A stretch of 64,000 bases of DNA, from NCBI GenBank assembly GCA_963697335.1, contig CAVONQ010000018.1, positions 96,001-160,000 on the forward strand. The letters are read 5' to 3'. The first letter of the stretch is position 1; the number at the start of each line of letters is the position of its first letter. Positions 27,707 to 39,312 of this stretch are shown here, piece after piece. A model generated the notes under the pieces. It was not told the DNA's origin. It did not search any database and saw only the letters and a program-made list of their open reading frames with translations. A program made the translations under genes and the position numbers. Source of the stretch: an uncultured cyanobacterium. Its GTDB lineage: Bacteria > Cyanobacteriota > Cyanobacteriia > PCC-6307 > Cyanobiaceae.

Positions 27707-27904
27707 CAACACCCAGCCAGTTTCGGTTGGCGTGCTGGTGCCCTGGCTGGAGTGGAGCTGGCCGTTGCAGCAGGCCGATGGCTCTGCAACAGGGGCGGCG
27801 CTGGCACTGGATCTCTACGCCGGTTCCAACTGGAGTGGCTCATCCCCACGCTACACAGCGTGGCTCGAACCAGCCTTCCGTGCTGCCGGGTGAGTGGCTC
27901 AGGC

Positions 27905-30900
27905 TCAGAGCCACTCCCTGCCCACCGGCGCGAATGGATCGGGACCGCTGAGTGGTCCTGCCGGCGAGATCAGGTCCTGGGGCGAAGCGGCAGGGGACTG
28001 CACCCCCTGGGATGGTGCAGCCGAGAACGTGGCGATCTCCGAACCGGCCGTGCTGCCACGGGCGTCGCTGCCGCCGGCAGGGGTGGGGGCTGGCGGGGGC
28101 GTTGCTGAGTTCGTTTCTGAGGGCGTTGGGGTGGGGCTGCCGGTGATCGGATCCACAGGGCTGGCCAGCCTCCCATCTGCCGCAAGCCCCGGGGCGTTGG
28201 AGCCGCCGACTTGGCTGGAGCTGAAGCGGCCCGCCTCGCTGATCGCGTTGCCAGCCACGGGCAAGCCGGTCAGTTCGTCGACCGGGGACCCTGCGGTGGT
28301 GGTGCTGTCCTGCGGGATTGTGAGAGCGCTGCTCTCTCCGGGAGAGGAGGCGGCGCCGGAGAGCGATTCAGCCGATTGAAAGGCGACATCCACCCAATAG
28401 TTGCTGGCGTTGTAAGACTGATTGGGCATCAACAATTCGGTGCCATACCGGTAGAAGCCGTTGCTGCTGGTCCCATCGCTCTGGGGAGCGCTCAGCACGC
28501 CCGTGGGTTCACTGAAGCTTTCATTGTCAAGTCCGTCAAAGTCAAGCTCTCCAGCTGGGGTGAAGAAATTGCTGCTGGCGATATAATTGTTGTATGTCCT
28601 GTAGGACACCACGTAGCTCTCGCCGGCCAGAACGTCAACGGGCGTGTTGAGATCTGCTCTCTGCCAGCCCCATTGGTCTGGTGTGGATGTGATCTCGGTT
28701 GAGCCAAGCAGGAGTCCGTCAGACGAGCGCCAGACATGCAGGTTGCGGGTGTCCGTGTCGCTGGCATCGTCGATGTGACGATAGTACTTCAGTGCAGTGA
28801 TCTGGCCCCCTTGACTGACGCTGAATGCCATGCCCAGCTCCAGGGCTGTGTTGTCGTTGAACAGGCTTCCATTGATGCTGACTCCCGACCTGTCCAGGAT
28901 GCTGAGTCTGCTGTCAGCGTCGTCATTGAGGATGGTCCCTGTGGCGGCAGCGGTGGCGATTGAGGTGTTGGTTGGATTGGAGAGGGAAACACTGAAGTCC
29001 TCATCAGGTTCAGCGCTGAGATCAGCGGCCACGTTGACGGTGATGACCTGGCTCGTTTCACCCGCGGCGAAGGTCACGGTGCCGGAGGGCAGTGTGCCGT
29101 CGAAATCGGAGGGGGCCGCCGGGTTACTGCCGGACCCGCTGACACTCCAGGTCACGGAGCTGGTACTGCTTGTGTCGCCACTGCGGTTGACGGTGAAGCT
29201 GTAGGCGGTTGAGCCGGTGTCTCCTTCTGGCTTGATCGCATCGCTGGCGATGATGGTAAGGGAAGAAAGTGGTGCGGTGGCCACGACGAAGGTGACATCC
29301 GCCCAGTAGTTGGAGGCTCCAAAGGTGTTGTTGGGCAGAATCAGATCAGTGCCAACCCTGTAGACCCCGTTGCCGCCGCTGCCCGGACCACTGACCACCG
29401 AGCTCTGGGGAGCGGTGAGAAGGCCGAACGGATCGGTGAAGGCATCGTCGTCGATGCCATCAAAGGTGATCTCGTTGTCTGGACTGAAGAAGCCGCTGGT
29501 TGAGAAGTAGTTGTTGTCTGTGGTGTAGGAGACGACATACTCCGCTCCGGTGCTGACGTCGATGGGAGTGGAGAGAGCAGCTCTCTGCCAGCCGGATTGA
29601 CCCGGGCCGGAGGTGAAGCTGACGGTGCCGAGCAGGGAGCCATCCGATCGACGCCAGAGGCGGCCAGTGCGCAGGTCGGTGTCGCCGGCATCGGCGGCAT
29701 CACGGTAATACCTGAGTTCGGTGATGGTTCCCGCCTGGGTGGGGCTGAACGCCATGCCGAGCTCCAGGGGGACATTGTCATTGAAGAGCTGGCCGTTGAG
29801 CGGCAGAGCCGGATTGAAGAGGCTGACGCTGGTGGGAGTCTCGGTGACGGTGACGGGGGTGGAGGTCACCGATTCGGCAAAGCCCTGGCCATCGGTGTAG
29901 CTCACCTGGACACGCACCTGCTGGTCCTGATCGGCTTGGTTCAGGGTGTAGGTGCTGGCATTGGTGCCGATGGGATTCCAGGTGATGCCGTTGCTGCTGG
30001 ATTGCCAGTTGTAGGCAAAGGTGCCATTGCCGTTGGGGTCATCGGCCGTTGTGGTGGTGGCCAGGATGCCGCCGACGGCGGCGGTGCCGGCGATCGCGAA
30101 GACCGCCGCACCGCCATTGACGGGAGGCAGCGAAACGCCGGGCGCAAAGGTGACATCCGCCCAGTAGTTGGAGGCTCCAAAGGTGTTGTTGGGCAGAATC
30201 AGATCAGTGCCAACCCTGTAGACCCCGTTGCCGCCGCTGCCCGGACCACTGACCACCGAGCTCTGGGGAGCGGTGAGAAGGCCGAACGGATCGGTGAAGG
30301 CATCGTCGTCGATGCCATCAAAGGTGATCTCGTTGTCTGGACTGAAGAAGCCGCTGGTTGAGAAGTAGTTGTTGTCTGTGGTGTAGGAGACGACATACTC
30401 CGCTCCGGTGCTGACGTCGATGGGAGTGGAGAGAGCAGCTCTCTGCCAGCCGGATTGACCCGGGCCGGAGGTGAAGCTGACGGTGCCGAGCAGGGAGCCA
30501 TCCGATCGACGCCAGAGGCGGCCAGTGCGCAGGTCGGTGTCGCCGGCATCGGCGGCATCACGGTAATACCTGAGTTCGGTGATGGTTCCCGCCTGGGTGG
30601 GGCTGAACGCCATGCCGAGCTCCAGGGGGACATTGTCATTGAAGAGCTGGCCGTTGAGCGGCAGAGCCGGATTGAAGAGGCTGACGCTGGTGGGAGTCTC
30701 GGTGACGGTGACGGGGGTGGAGGTCACCGATTCGGCAAAGCCCTGGCCATCGGTGTAGCTCACCTGGACACGCACCTGCTGGTCCTGATCGGCTTGGTTC
30801 AGGGTGTAGGTGCTGGCATTGGTGCCGATGGGATTCCAGGTGATGCCGTTGCTGCTGGATTGCCAGTTGTAGGCAAAGGTGCCATTGCCGTTGGGGTCAT

Positions 30901-33604
30901 CGGCCGTTGTGGTGGTGGCCAGGATGCCGCCGACGGCGGCGGTGCCGGCGATCGCGAAGACCGCCGCACCGCCATTGACGGGAGGCAGCGAAACGCCGGG
31001 CGCAAAGGTGACATCCGCCCAGTAGTTGGAGGCTCCAAAGGTGTTGTTGGGTAGAACGAGATCGTCGCCAACCTTGTAGACGCCATTGCCACCAGTGGCA
31101 GGACCGCGGACCACCGTGCTTTGGGGGGCTTGGAGAAGGCCGAACGGATCGCTGAAGGCGTCGTTGTCGATGCCATCGAAGGCGATCTCGTTTGCAGGAT
31201 GAAAGAAGTTATTGGTTGAAAGGTAGTAGTTTTCTGTGATATAGGAGACGATGTACTCCGCTCCAGCGCTGACCTCGATGGGCGCGGGTAGTGCGGCGCT
31301 CTGCCATCCGGACTGGCCCGGACTGGAGGTGAAGGTGACCGTGCCGAGTAGGGAGCCATCCGAGCTGCGCCACAGGCGGCCGGTGCGCACGTCGGTGTTA
31401 CCGGCATCGACGGCGTCACGGTAATACCTGAGTTCGGTGATCGCCCCGGCCTGGGTGGGGCTGAACTTCATGCCAAGCTCGTAGACGGCATTGTCATTGA
31501 AGAGCAGTCCGTCGACCGGGTAGGTCGGATCGAACAGGCTCACAGTGTCCGGGGTGATGGCACCGGTCACCGTGACTGTGCTCTCAGCAAGGCTGAGGTT
31601 GGCACTATTGAGGCTGTCATCAATGGCACGAACCTGGATCGTGACGGTGCCCGGGCTGGTGGGTCGCCACGAGTAGCTCCAGTTGGTTGTGCCCTGGGCC
31701 AGCCTCCAGGTGTTTCCAGCGTCGAAGGAGATTTCCACGGCGGCGACGATGCCGTCGTCGCTGGAATCGGCGGAGGTGCCGTTGTCATCCACGGCCGTAC
31801 CGGTGATCAGCACGGAAGCCAGAGCGGACACCTCGCTGGGGAGGGGGTTGAGGGTGGCCGTTGCCCCGATCGCATCGGTGCTGGCGAAGGCACGCACCAG
31901 GTTCTGGCTGAGGAGCACCGCATCCGCCACGCCGGGCTGGATGCCCATGTCGGCAAACAGATTGAGGGTGAATTGTTGAAGTGCCCGGTTTTCTATGTCG
32001 GCGCTATAGGGCGTGTCGTCGTGCTCGTTGCTGAGGCCCCAGCTCCAGAACACCGTGCCGGCGCCGAACACCAGCGCACCGCTCTCGGCGCGGTAGAGGG
32101 AGAGGTTGTGGGTGGCGACGCCAGGGGCACCGCGGTTGCCCTGGTCAAAGACGATCGAACTCCACGGAATCGTGGTTTCGGAGAGCTTGATCAGGCCAGC
32201 AGGGCGCGAGTCGCCCTCGGGTGACGTGTTCCACTCGTAGCCGAGGATGCCTGGTGCCAGGTCAAAGGCACCGTCATCGGCGGCTTCCGTGTCGCGCCAG
32301 AATCTCAAGCCTGCGAAGGAGGCCGGGATATCCAGGGCACCTCCAAACTCGCCGGTTCCATCGGGGCCAAAGAGCTGCCCCGTTAAGGATGTCTCAGCGC
32401 AGTTGCAGGTTGATCGCAACCCTGTGATGGAATCAAAGTAGGTTGGGCCACCGGCGATCAGGTTGCCTTCAGCGTCGACCGAATTGTGAAAGCGGGTGTC
32501 ACGCCAGGTTCCTGTCCAGATGTTGGAAGGATCGATATTGGCATAGTCTTCTGGGAGTGCATAGGGATCGCTGTTGGCAAATGTTTCTTTGTAGGTGACA
32601 AGGGTACGATGGCTGTCGCCATCGTCGGCGATGCTCGACTCCCAGCGGGTTTTCCAATAAACCTCATTCCCACTCCAAAACAGCAGGTTGACCCCGGCAT
32701 CACGCGCCTCCTCAACATTGATCCGCTGATCTCCGGACCAGTACTCATCATGCCCTACAGAGATGAAAGCGTTATAGTTCTTCAGGTAGTCTGCGCCAAG
32801 GCGATCAGCGTCAACCCCTGAGATGTAAGAAATATCATAGCCATTCTTTTCCAGCCAGTAGATGGCGGCGTAGTCTGCGCCGAAAAGATAATCATGAGGC
32901 CCTGAAGCAACGCTGGTGCCGTTGCGTGTGATGAACGGCCTGTTGTAGCTGACAGCGTAGGCCCGGTTCTTGCCAAGCTGGCCCTCGCTCAGAATCGGAG
33001 TGCGATTGATGAGCCCTGCGACGTCACCGTAGAGGTTCGGACCATCAAAATTACTGTTGCCGAGCTCTCCAGCCCAGCCGTTGTAGGCCTGCCAGGTCGT
33101 GTCTGACGTCTGCAGCACGATGTCAGCGGCGAGGCCATCGTTGCGAACGATGAAGGGGATCTGATTCGCTTCGTCTGCTATCGCCTCGCCATTTTCGTCC
33201 AGGCGTTGCACACGGGCGAGGTAGACGCCCGACACTGCGTCTGGAGGCACATCCCAACTGTCTGTGACGAGCCAGTTGCCGGCATCCACGAGGCCAAGAT
33301 CCGGGTCGTAGAGAGGAAGTTCCTGATCCACCGCATTGGTGTTCAGGAGTTCAGCGACAACGCGTGCCCCCGCACCGCCGTAGTGGCCAAGTCGGAAAAT
33401 CTCTATCCGGTAATCGCTTTCGGCACCATTATTGACATTGATCTTGAAGTCAACAGTCCCACCTGCATTGACGCTGATGTCGGTCGTGAAGCCTTCAATC
33501 GCTGTGCTGTGGGGAACATCCCAGTAGCCCCGCGTCAAGGGATCGCCATTGGGCGTCGTCAGCCCTGCCGTCTGGGCATTTTCGATAACGATCCTGTTGC
33601 TCAT
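27905..33604 (-). CDS. 1899-aa multidomain protein: N,N-dimethylformamidase beta-subunit-like domain, Ig-like spacers, four DUF4082-like domains, Calx-beta domain, Pro/Ser-rich tail
   Basis: SGVYLA, TTWQAYN, VSYNRP, VGHDEYWS, GYEWN and GALVFGAGT motifs. Four ELGMxF..ITxLxYY...NYWxDVxF repeats; EPDEDFSVSL..ATGTILNDD Calx-beta. GGAG RBS before the ATG. Confidence 0.85.
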   Translation of the reverse strand: MSNRIVIENAQTAGLTTPNGDPLTRGYWDVPHSTAIEGFTTDISVNAGGTVDFKINVNNGAESDYRIEIFRLGHYGGAGARVVAELLNTNAVDQELPLYDPDLGLVDAGNWLVTDSWDVPPDAVSGVYLARVQRLDENGEAIADEANQIPFIVRNDGLAADIVLQTSDTTWQAYNGWAGELGNSNFDGPNLYGDVAGLINRTPILSEGQLGKNRAYAVSYNRPFITRNGTSVASGPHDYLFGADYAAIYWLEKNGYDISYISGVDADRLGADYLKNYNAFISVGHDEYWSGDQRINVEEARDAGVNLLFWSGNEVYWKTRWESSIADDGDSHRTLVTYKETFANSDPYALPEDYANIDPSNIWTGTWRDTRFHNSVDAEGNLIAGGPTYFDSITGLRSTCNCAETSLTGQLFGPDGTGEFGGALDIPASFAGLRFWRDTEAADDGAFDLAPGILGYEWNTSPEGDSRPAGLIKLSETTIPWSSIVFDQGNRGAPGVATHNLSLYRAESGALVFGAGTVFWSWGLSNEHDDTPYSADIENRALQQFTLNLFADMGIQPGVADAVLLSQNLVRAFASTDAIGATATLNPLPSEVSALASVLITGTAVDDNGTSADSSDDGIVAAVEISFDAGNTWRLAQGTTNWSYSWRPTSPGTVTIQVRAIDDSLNSANLSLAESTVTVTGAITPDTVSLFDPTYPVDGLLFNDNAVYELGMKFSPTQAGAITELRYYRDAVDAGNTDVRTGRLWRSSDGSLLGTVTFTSSPGQSGWQSAALPAPIEVSAGAEYIVSYITENYYLSTNNFFHPANEIAFDGIDNDAFSDPFGLLQAPQSTVVRGPATGGNGVYKVGDDLVLPNNTFGASNYWADVTFAPGVSLPPVNGGAAVFAIAGTAAVGGILATTTTADDPNGNGTFAYNWQSSSNGITWNPIGTNASTYTLNQADQDQQVRVQVSYTDGQGFAESVTSTPVTVTETPTSVSLFNPALPLNGQLFNDNVPLELGMAFSPTQAGTITELRYYRDAADAGDTDLRTGRLWRRSDGSLLGTVSFTSGPGQSGWQRAALSTPIDVSTGAEYVVSYTTDNNYFSTSGFFSPDNEITFDGIDDDAFTDPFGLLTAPQSSVVSGPGSGGNGVYRVGTDLILPNNTFGASNYWADVTFAPGVSLPPVNGGAAVFAIAGTAAVGGILATTTTADDPNGNGTFAYNWQSSSNGITWNPIGTNASTYTLNQADQDQQVRVQVSYTDGQGFAESVTSTPVTVTETPTSVSLFNPALPLNGQLFNDNVPLELGMAFSPTQAGTITELRYYRDAADAGDTDLRTGRLWRRSDGSLLGTVSFTSGPGQSGWQRAALSTPIDVSTGAEYVVSYTTDNNYFSTSGFFSPDNEITFDGIDDDAFTDPFGLLTAPQSSVVSGPGSGGNGVYRVGTDLILPNNTFGASNYWADVTFVVATAPLSSLTIIASDAIKPEGDTGSTAYSFTVNRSGDTSSTSSVTWSVSGSGSNPAAPSDFDGTLPSGTVTFAAGETSQVITVNVAADLSAEPDEDFSVSLSNPTNTSIATAAATGTILNDDADSRLSILDRSGVSINGSLFNDNTALELGMAFSVSQGGQITALKYYRHIDDASDTDTRNLHVWRSSDGLLLGSTEITSTPDQWGWQRADLNTPVDVLAGESYVVSYRTYNNYIASSNFFTPAGELDFDGLDNESFSEPTGVLSAPQSDGTSSNGFYRYGTELLMPNQSYNASNYWVDVAFQSAESLSGAASSPGESSALTIPQDSTTTAGSPVDELTGLPVAGNAISEAGRFSSSQVGGSNAPGLAADGRLASPVDPITGSPTPTPSETNSATPPPAPTPAGGSDARGSTAGSEIATFSAAPSQGVQSPAASPQDLISPAGPLSGPDPFAPVGREWL
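29289..31051. repeat. Intragenic tandem duplication with 858-bp period
   Basis: 29289-30193 matches 30147-31051, apparently identically. Shadow ORFs 29341..29781 and 30199..30639 are identical and offset by 858. Confidence 0.92.
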
Positions 33605-33676
33605 GATGCATCTCCAGTGACGTAGATAGATTTCCTCAGTTCGGCTCCAGTGCCTTGGCCGAGTGATCAGACGGGT

Positions 33677-34837
33677 TTAACCGGTGCGTATGAGACAGGC
33701 ATCGAGGCCGGCCGACAGGTCTGCCTGATCGAGACCAGTCCCGATAAACACCAGTTCCTGGCGTCTGTCTCCGTGCGGTTCTTGCCAGTCGCGACGGATG
33801 CGAGCCACGGTCGCTGTGTCCTGGGGCCAGACCGAGCGTGGAGTGGCGGCCCACCAACGCCCAAAGGGCTTGAATGACCCCATGCAGCCGGCCAGGCTGA
33901 ATTGCAGAGCCAAGCTGGGCTCACCGGCCACCCAGCAGTGGCCCTTGGCGCGGATCACCCCAGACAGGGGCCCGCTCAGCATGTGCTGAAGCTGCTCCAG
34001 GTCGAATGGATCGCGCGCGCGATAGACGAAGGATGTGATGTTGTGCGTTTCCGTTTCTGGCCGATGCTCCGCGAAACCATGCAGTTCTCGAAACCAGAGC
34101 GCGTTGCGGCGGGCCTGCTCAAAACTGAAATGCCCGGTGCGGAGAACATGCGTGAGTGCTACATCGCCGTAGTTGGCCTTGATCAGTTGTGCTGTGGGAT
34201 TGAGGCTCCGAATCACGCGAGTGGCGATCGCGACTCGCTCAGACCCGGCAGCGGTCACCTTATTTAGAATAATCACATCAGCGAATTCAATCTGGTCGAC
34301 CAGTAGTTCCACCAGGGTCCGATCATCCACCTCATCCCGAGGTTGATCGCGATCCCGCAGCAGGTCTCGACACCGATAGTTCTCAAGTAGGTTCACGGCA
34401 TCGACCACGGTGACCATGGTGTCGAGACGTGCGACGTCACTCAGGCTGGCTCCGTTCTCGTCACGAAAGTCAAAGGTTGCTGCTACTGGCAAAGGCTCCG
34501 AAATGCCTGTGGATTCAATGACCAGATCGTCGAAGCGGCCGAGTTCAGCTAGGCGGCGAACCTCGCTCAGCAGGTCGCCACGCAAGGTGCAACAGATGCA
34601 GCCATTGGTTAACTCAACTAGTGTCTCATCGGTGTGGTTGAATCCGTCGCTGTCCTGGCGAACCAGATCGGCATCGATGTTCACTTCTGACATGTCATTC
34701 ACGATCACCGCGACCTGTCGTCCCTCTCTGTTGTTGAGAATGTGATTGAGCAGGCTCGTTTTTCCGGCACCCAGAAATCCCGACAACACTGTGACAGATA
34801 GACGCTTTGATCCTGTTGGTTCGATGTCTTTTTGCAT
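33677..34837 (-). CDS. COG0523 (CobW / Fe-nitrile hydratase activator / ZigA family) G3E GTPase metallochaperone
   Basis: [47 protein letters not shown] and [11 protein letters not shown] motifs. Confidence 0.93.
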   Translation of the reverse strand: MQKDIEPTGSKRLSVTVLSGFLGAGKTSLLNHILNNREGRQVAVIVNDMSEVNIDADLVRQDSDGFNHTDETLVELTNGCICCTLRGDLLSEVRRLAELGRFDDLVIESTGISEPLPVAATFDFRDENGASLSDVARLDTMVTVVDAVNLLENYRCRDLLRDRDQPRDEVDDRTLVELLVDQIEFADVIILNKVTAAGSERVAIATRVIRSLNPTAQLIKANYGDVALTHVLRTGHFSFEQARRNALWFRELHGFAEHRPETETHNITSFVYRARDPFDLEQLQHMLSGPLSGVIRAKGHCWVAGEPSLALQFSLAGCMGSFKPFGRWWAATPRSVWPQDTATVARIRRDWQEPHGDRRQELVFIGTGLDQADLSAGLDACLIRTG

Positions 34838-35113
34838 CGTGGTTGGACTCTTGCTATTGGACGCCAGGATTGCTCTGAGGGAGGGGACCCTTGAAGCCGG
34901 CAGACTGGGCTACGCCAGCGTCGTCAGCACAGCATCCCTGCCTTAGGCTTCGTCCCTAAGGCGATAGAAATCGCGGCAAACCTCCATCAGCTTGTTCGTG
35001 GCCGTGCAGAACTTTCAATCCGCCGCCAAGAGTCTGCGCGTTTCTGCTCTTGATGCGCAGCTTCTAAAGCCTTTGTGTCGTGGCGTTGCGCTCCGGCCAG
35101 CCCGGGGCTCCTC

Positions 35114-36832
<1,719 letters not shown>

Positions 36833-36893
36833 GGCGGCGGACGCAAGGACGGCTGTTGGCTGGGTCAGTCAGGCGGGGACGCCGGCTCGGCGA

Positions 36894-37211
36894 CTAGTCG
36901 AGGGGCCCGTTGACGAGGCCGTTGAAGCCCATCACCCGGCGCTGGCCGGCGAAGGGCACCAGGTTCACCTCGCGGCTGTCGCCCGGCTCGAAGCGAATCG
37001 CCGTGCCGGCAGGGATGTCCAGCCGCAGGCCGCGGGCGGCGTCCCTGTCGAAGCGCAGGGCGTCGTTGGCCTCCTGGAAGTGAAAGTGGGAGCCCACCTG
37101 CACGGGCCGGTCGCCGCTGTTGGCCACCAGCAGGGTGGTGACGGGGCGGCCGGCGTTGAGCTCGATCTCCCCGGGTTCGGGGAACAGTTCGCCGGGGATC
37201 AGGGGGGGCAT
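36894..37211 (-). CDS. ureB: Urease beta subunit
   Basis: [13 protein letters not shown] and [15 protein letters not shown] motifs. Confidence 0.97.
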   Translation of the reverse strand: MPPLIPGELFPEPGEIELNAGRPVTTLLVANSGDRPVQVGSHFHFQEANDALRFDRDAARGLRLDIPAGTAIRFEPGDSREVNLVPFAGQRRVMGFNGLVNGPLD

Positions 37212-37230
37212 GGCAGCTGGGCGGACGGGG

Positions 37231-37533
37231 TCAGCGGATGGGGTCGTGCAAGGTCACCAGCTTGGTGCCATCGGGGAAGACGGCCTCGATCTGCACCTCC
37301 TGCACCAGTTCCGGCACCCCCTCCATCACCTGGTCGCGGCTCAGCCACGTGGTGCCCTCGCCCATCAGGGCGGCCACGGTCTTGCCGTCGCGGGCCCCCT
37401 CCAACACCTGGAAGCTCAGCCAGGCCACAGCCTCGGGATAGTTGAGCCTCAGGCCGCGGTTCAGGCGCCGCTCCGCCAGCAGGGCGGCGGTCACGATCAG
37501 GAGCTTGTCCTTCTCCTGGGGGGTGAGGTGCAT
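37231..37533 (-). CDS. ureA: Urease gamma subunit
   Basis: [17 protein letters not shown] and [17 protein letters not shown] motifs. Confidence 0.97.
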   Translation of the reverse strand: MHLTPQEKDKLLIVTAALLAERRLNRGLRLNYPEAVAWLSFQVLEGARDGKTVAALMGEGTTWLSRDQVMEGVPELVQEVQIEAVFPDGTKLVTLHDPIR

Positions 37534-37570
37534 GATTCCACTCTGGCAGGGATGGCGGCGTGCGACCTGT

Positions 37571-38539
37571 TCAGCTCGAACCGCAGCCAAGCCGCTGGGG
37601 TGGTTGCGGCAGTCCGTGCAGGTCGGCCAGGGGCCGTTCCTGGAACGGCCACACCCGGGGGATCTGGGGGGCTGGGTGGCCACCGGCCTGGCGTACTGCA
37701 GCCCAGATTCGGGTGAACCAGAACCGGGCGGCCTGGCTGGAGGGTCCTCGGTAGCGGGCGATCAGGCCCGACTCCAGCAGACCGCAGGCCATGGTTCCGT
37801 CCAGATCCGAGCGGCTCTGCCGCGCCTGCTCCAGCACGGCCCCGCGCAGCGAGGCGTCCAGATGGCGCGGGGCGATCCACACCAGGGTGCCGAACACCGG
37901 CTGGCCCGCCATGCCGTGTTCTCCCCCCAGGGTGCCGCCATCGAGACGGATGGCGTCGACCAGTTTCCAGGGGTTGTGCAAGCCACTCGGGCGAGAGATC
38001 TCCAGTCGTGAGAGCCAGCAGCCCTCCCCCAGGTCTTCCCCGGCGGCGCTGCGGCCCAGCCGCACCACGTCGGTGGCGAGGAACCCGGCGCCGTCGGCCA
38101 TCCGCACCTGCACCTGCTGCTCCAGCAGGGCGCCGGCATACAACACCAGCTCCTGTGGCATCCAGTCGAGCTGGCTGCTGTCCTCCACGTCAAAGCTGAG
38201 CACCTGCCGGGCCCATCGCCCCTGGGGCTGGGCGTGAAAGCGGCCGACGGATCCGTACACCTTCTGGGCGGCCACGCTGGTGAGCAGCGCATGGGCTGCG
38301 TTGCGGCTTCGCACCCTCAGCTCAAGCTGGTCGCCGCCCACCAGGCCGCCGGCGGTGTGCAGCAGCGGCAATTCCAGCGAGCCATCCTCGTGGTGGGTGG
38401 CCCGCTGCCATTTCAGCGGCGCCGCCGCGCCCGCCTGGAAGGAAACCCGGTTGCCGGGCCTGGCCGGACCGGGTCGATCCAGGTCCAGCCAGGCCTCGGC
38501 CTGCCAGTTGGAACCCGCGGGCCCCTCCGTGACTCCCAT
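37571..38539 (-). CDS. ureD: Urease accessory protein UreD
   Basis: [20 protein letters not shown] and PRVWP motifs; upstream of ureA. Confidence 0.92.
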   Translation of the reverse strand: MGVTEGPAGSNWQAEAWLDLDRPGPARPGNRVSFQAGAAAPLKWQRATHHEDGSLELPLLHTAGGLVGGDQLELRVRSRNAAHALLTSVAAQKVYGSVGRFHAQPQGRWARQVLSFDVEDSSQLDWMPQELVLYAGALLEQQVQVRMADGAGFLATDVVRLGRSAAGEDLGEGCWLSRLEISRPSGLHNPWKLVDAIRLDGGTLGGEHGMAGQPVFGTLVWIAPRHLDASLRGAVLEQARQSRSDLDGTMACGLLESGLIARYRGPSSQAARFWFTRIWAAVRQAGGHPAPQIPRVWPFQERPLADLHGLPQPPQRLGCGSS

Positions 38540-38587
38540 CTGCCCAGTCCAGCGCTCTTCCTAGGGTGGCGCCTGGGCCCGGTGATC

Positions 38588-38623
38588 ACCATGGGCCGGG
38601 CCGTGGGGCGGGCCATGGGGCGG
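38588..38623. repeat. Three imperfect 12-bp tandem repeats in the ureD-ureE gap
   Basis: ACCATGGGCCGG GCCGTGGGGCGG GCCATGGGGCGG. Confidence 0.6.
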
Positions 38624-38784
38624 GACGGCATCTGGATCGGGATCCTGGCCTCCCTGCCGGAGGGCGGGGGCCTTTCCCGCAGCCTGCGCCTGCGGCTGTT
38701 GGAGTCAAAATGGGTGGGCAGCCCCTGCCGCCGACCTACTTGATTCCGGCCCCGCTCCCCACTCCCTGATGAATCCCTGCTGCC

Positions 38785-39312
38785 GTGGCTGAAGCGTTTC
38801 CCCGGGCCCTGCACCTCACGGCCCGCCAGCCCTCCAGGCCGGCCAACCTGAGCCAGCACTGGAGCCTGGCGCTGCGGGCCGATGAGCGCAGCCAGCTGCG
38901 AGCACGGCGCGTGTGTGAGGACGGCCAGGAGGTGCTGCTCCAGCTCCCCCGCCAGGAGCCCCTGCGGCCAGGGGAGTGGCTGCTGCCGGTGGGCGACGGG
39001 GACTCCGCGGTGGCTGTGGAGGTGCTGGCGGCGGCGGAAGCCTTGCTGGAGATCCGCTCACACGACAGGCTGGCCCTGATGCAGGCGGCCTATCACCTGG
39101 GCAACCGCCACGTGGCCTTGGAGATCCAGGCCGATCGCCTGCTCCTGCTCGACGACAGCGTGTTGGCCGATCTGCTCGCGCGGCGGGGCCTGGTTGTGGA
39201 GCGGCTGCTGGCGCCGTTCTGCCCGGAGTCCGGGGCCTATGGGGGCAGCGGCCCGTCCCACCACCATTCCCCCCTTCCTGCGGAGGGCCACGCGCACCAC
39301 CATGGTTCCTGA
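38785..39312 (+). CDS. ureE: Urease accessory protein UreE
   Basis: AAYHLGNRH, PESGAY and a His-rich tail. Confidence 0.93.
   Translation: MAEAFPRALHLTARQPSRPANLSQHWSLALRADERSQLRARRVCEDGQEVLLQLPRQEPLRPGEWLLPVGDGDSAVAVEVLAAAEALLEIRSHDRLALMQAAYHLGNRHVALEIQADRLLLLDDSVLADLLARRGLVVERLLAPFCPESGAYGGSGPSHHHSPLPAEGHAHHHGS

Noticed and set aside
27693..35087. GTGGCGTT at 27693 and 35080 as a target-site duplication of the insert
   Set aside because: Only 8 bp, GC-rich, overlaps the putative NtcA box, and no recombinase is present; consistent with chance.
34838..35110. Cobalamin riboswitch or Zur box ahead of the CobW-like gene
   Set aside because: No B12-box or TGATAAT-N-ATTATCA-like palindrome is visible on either strand.
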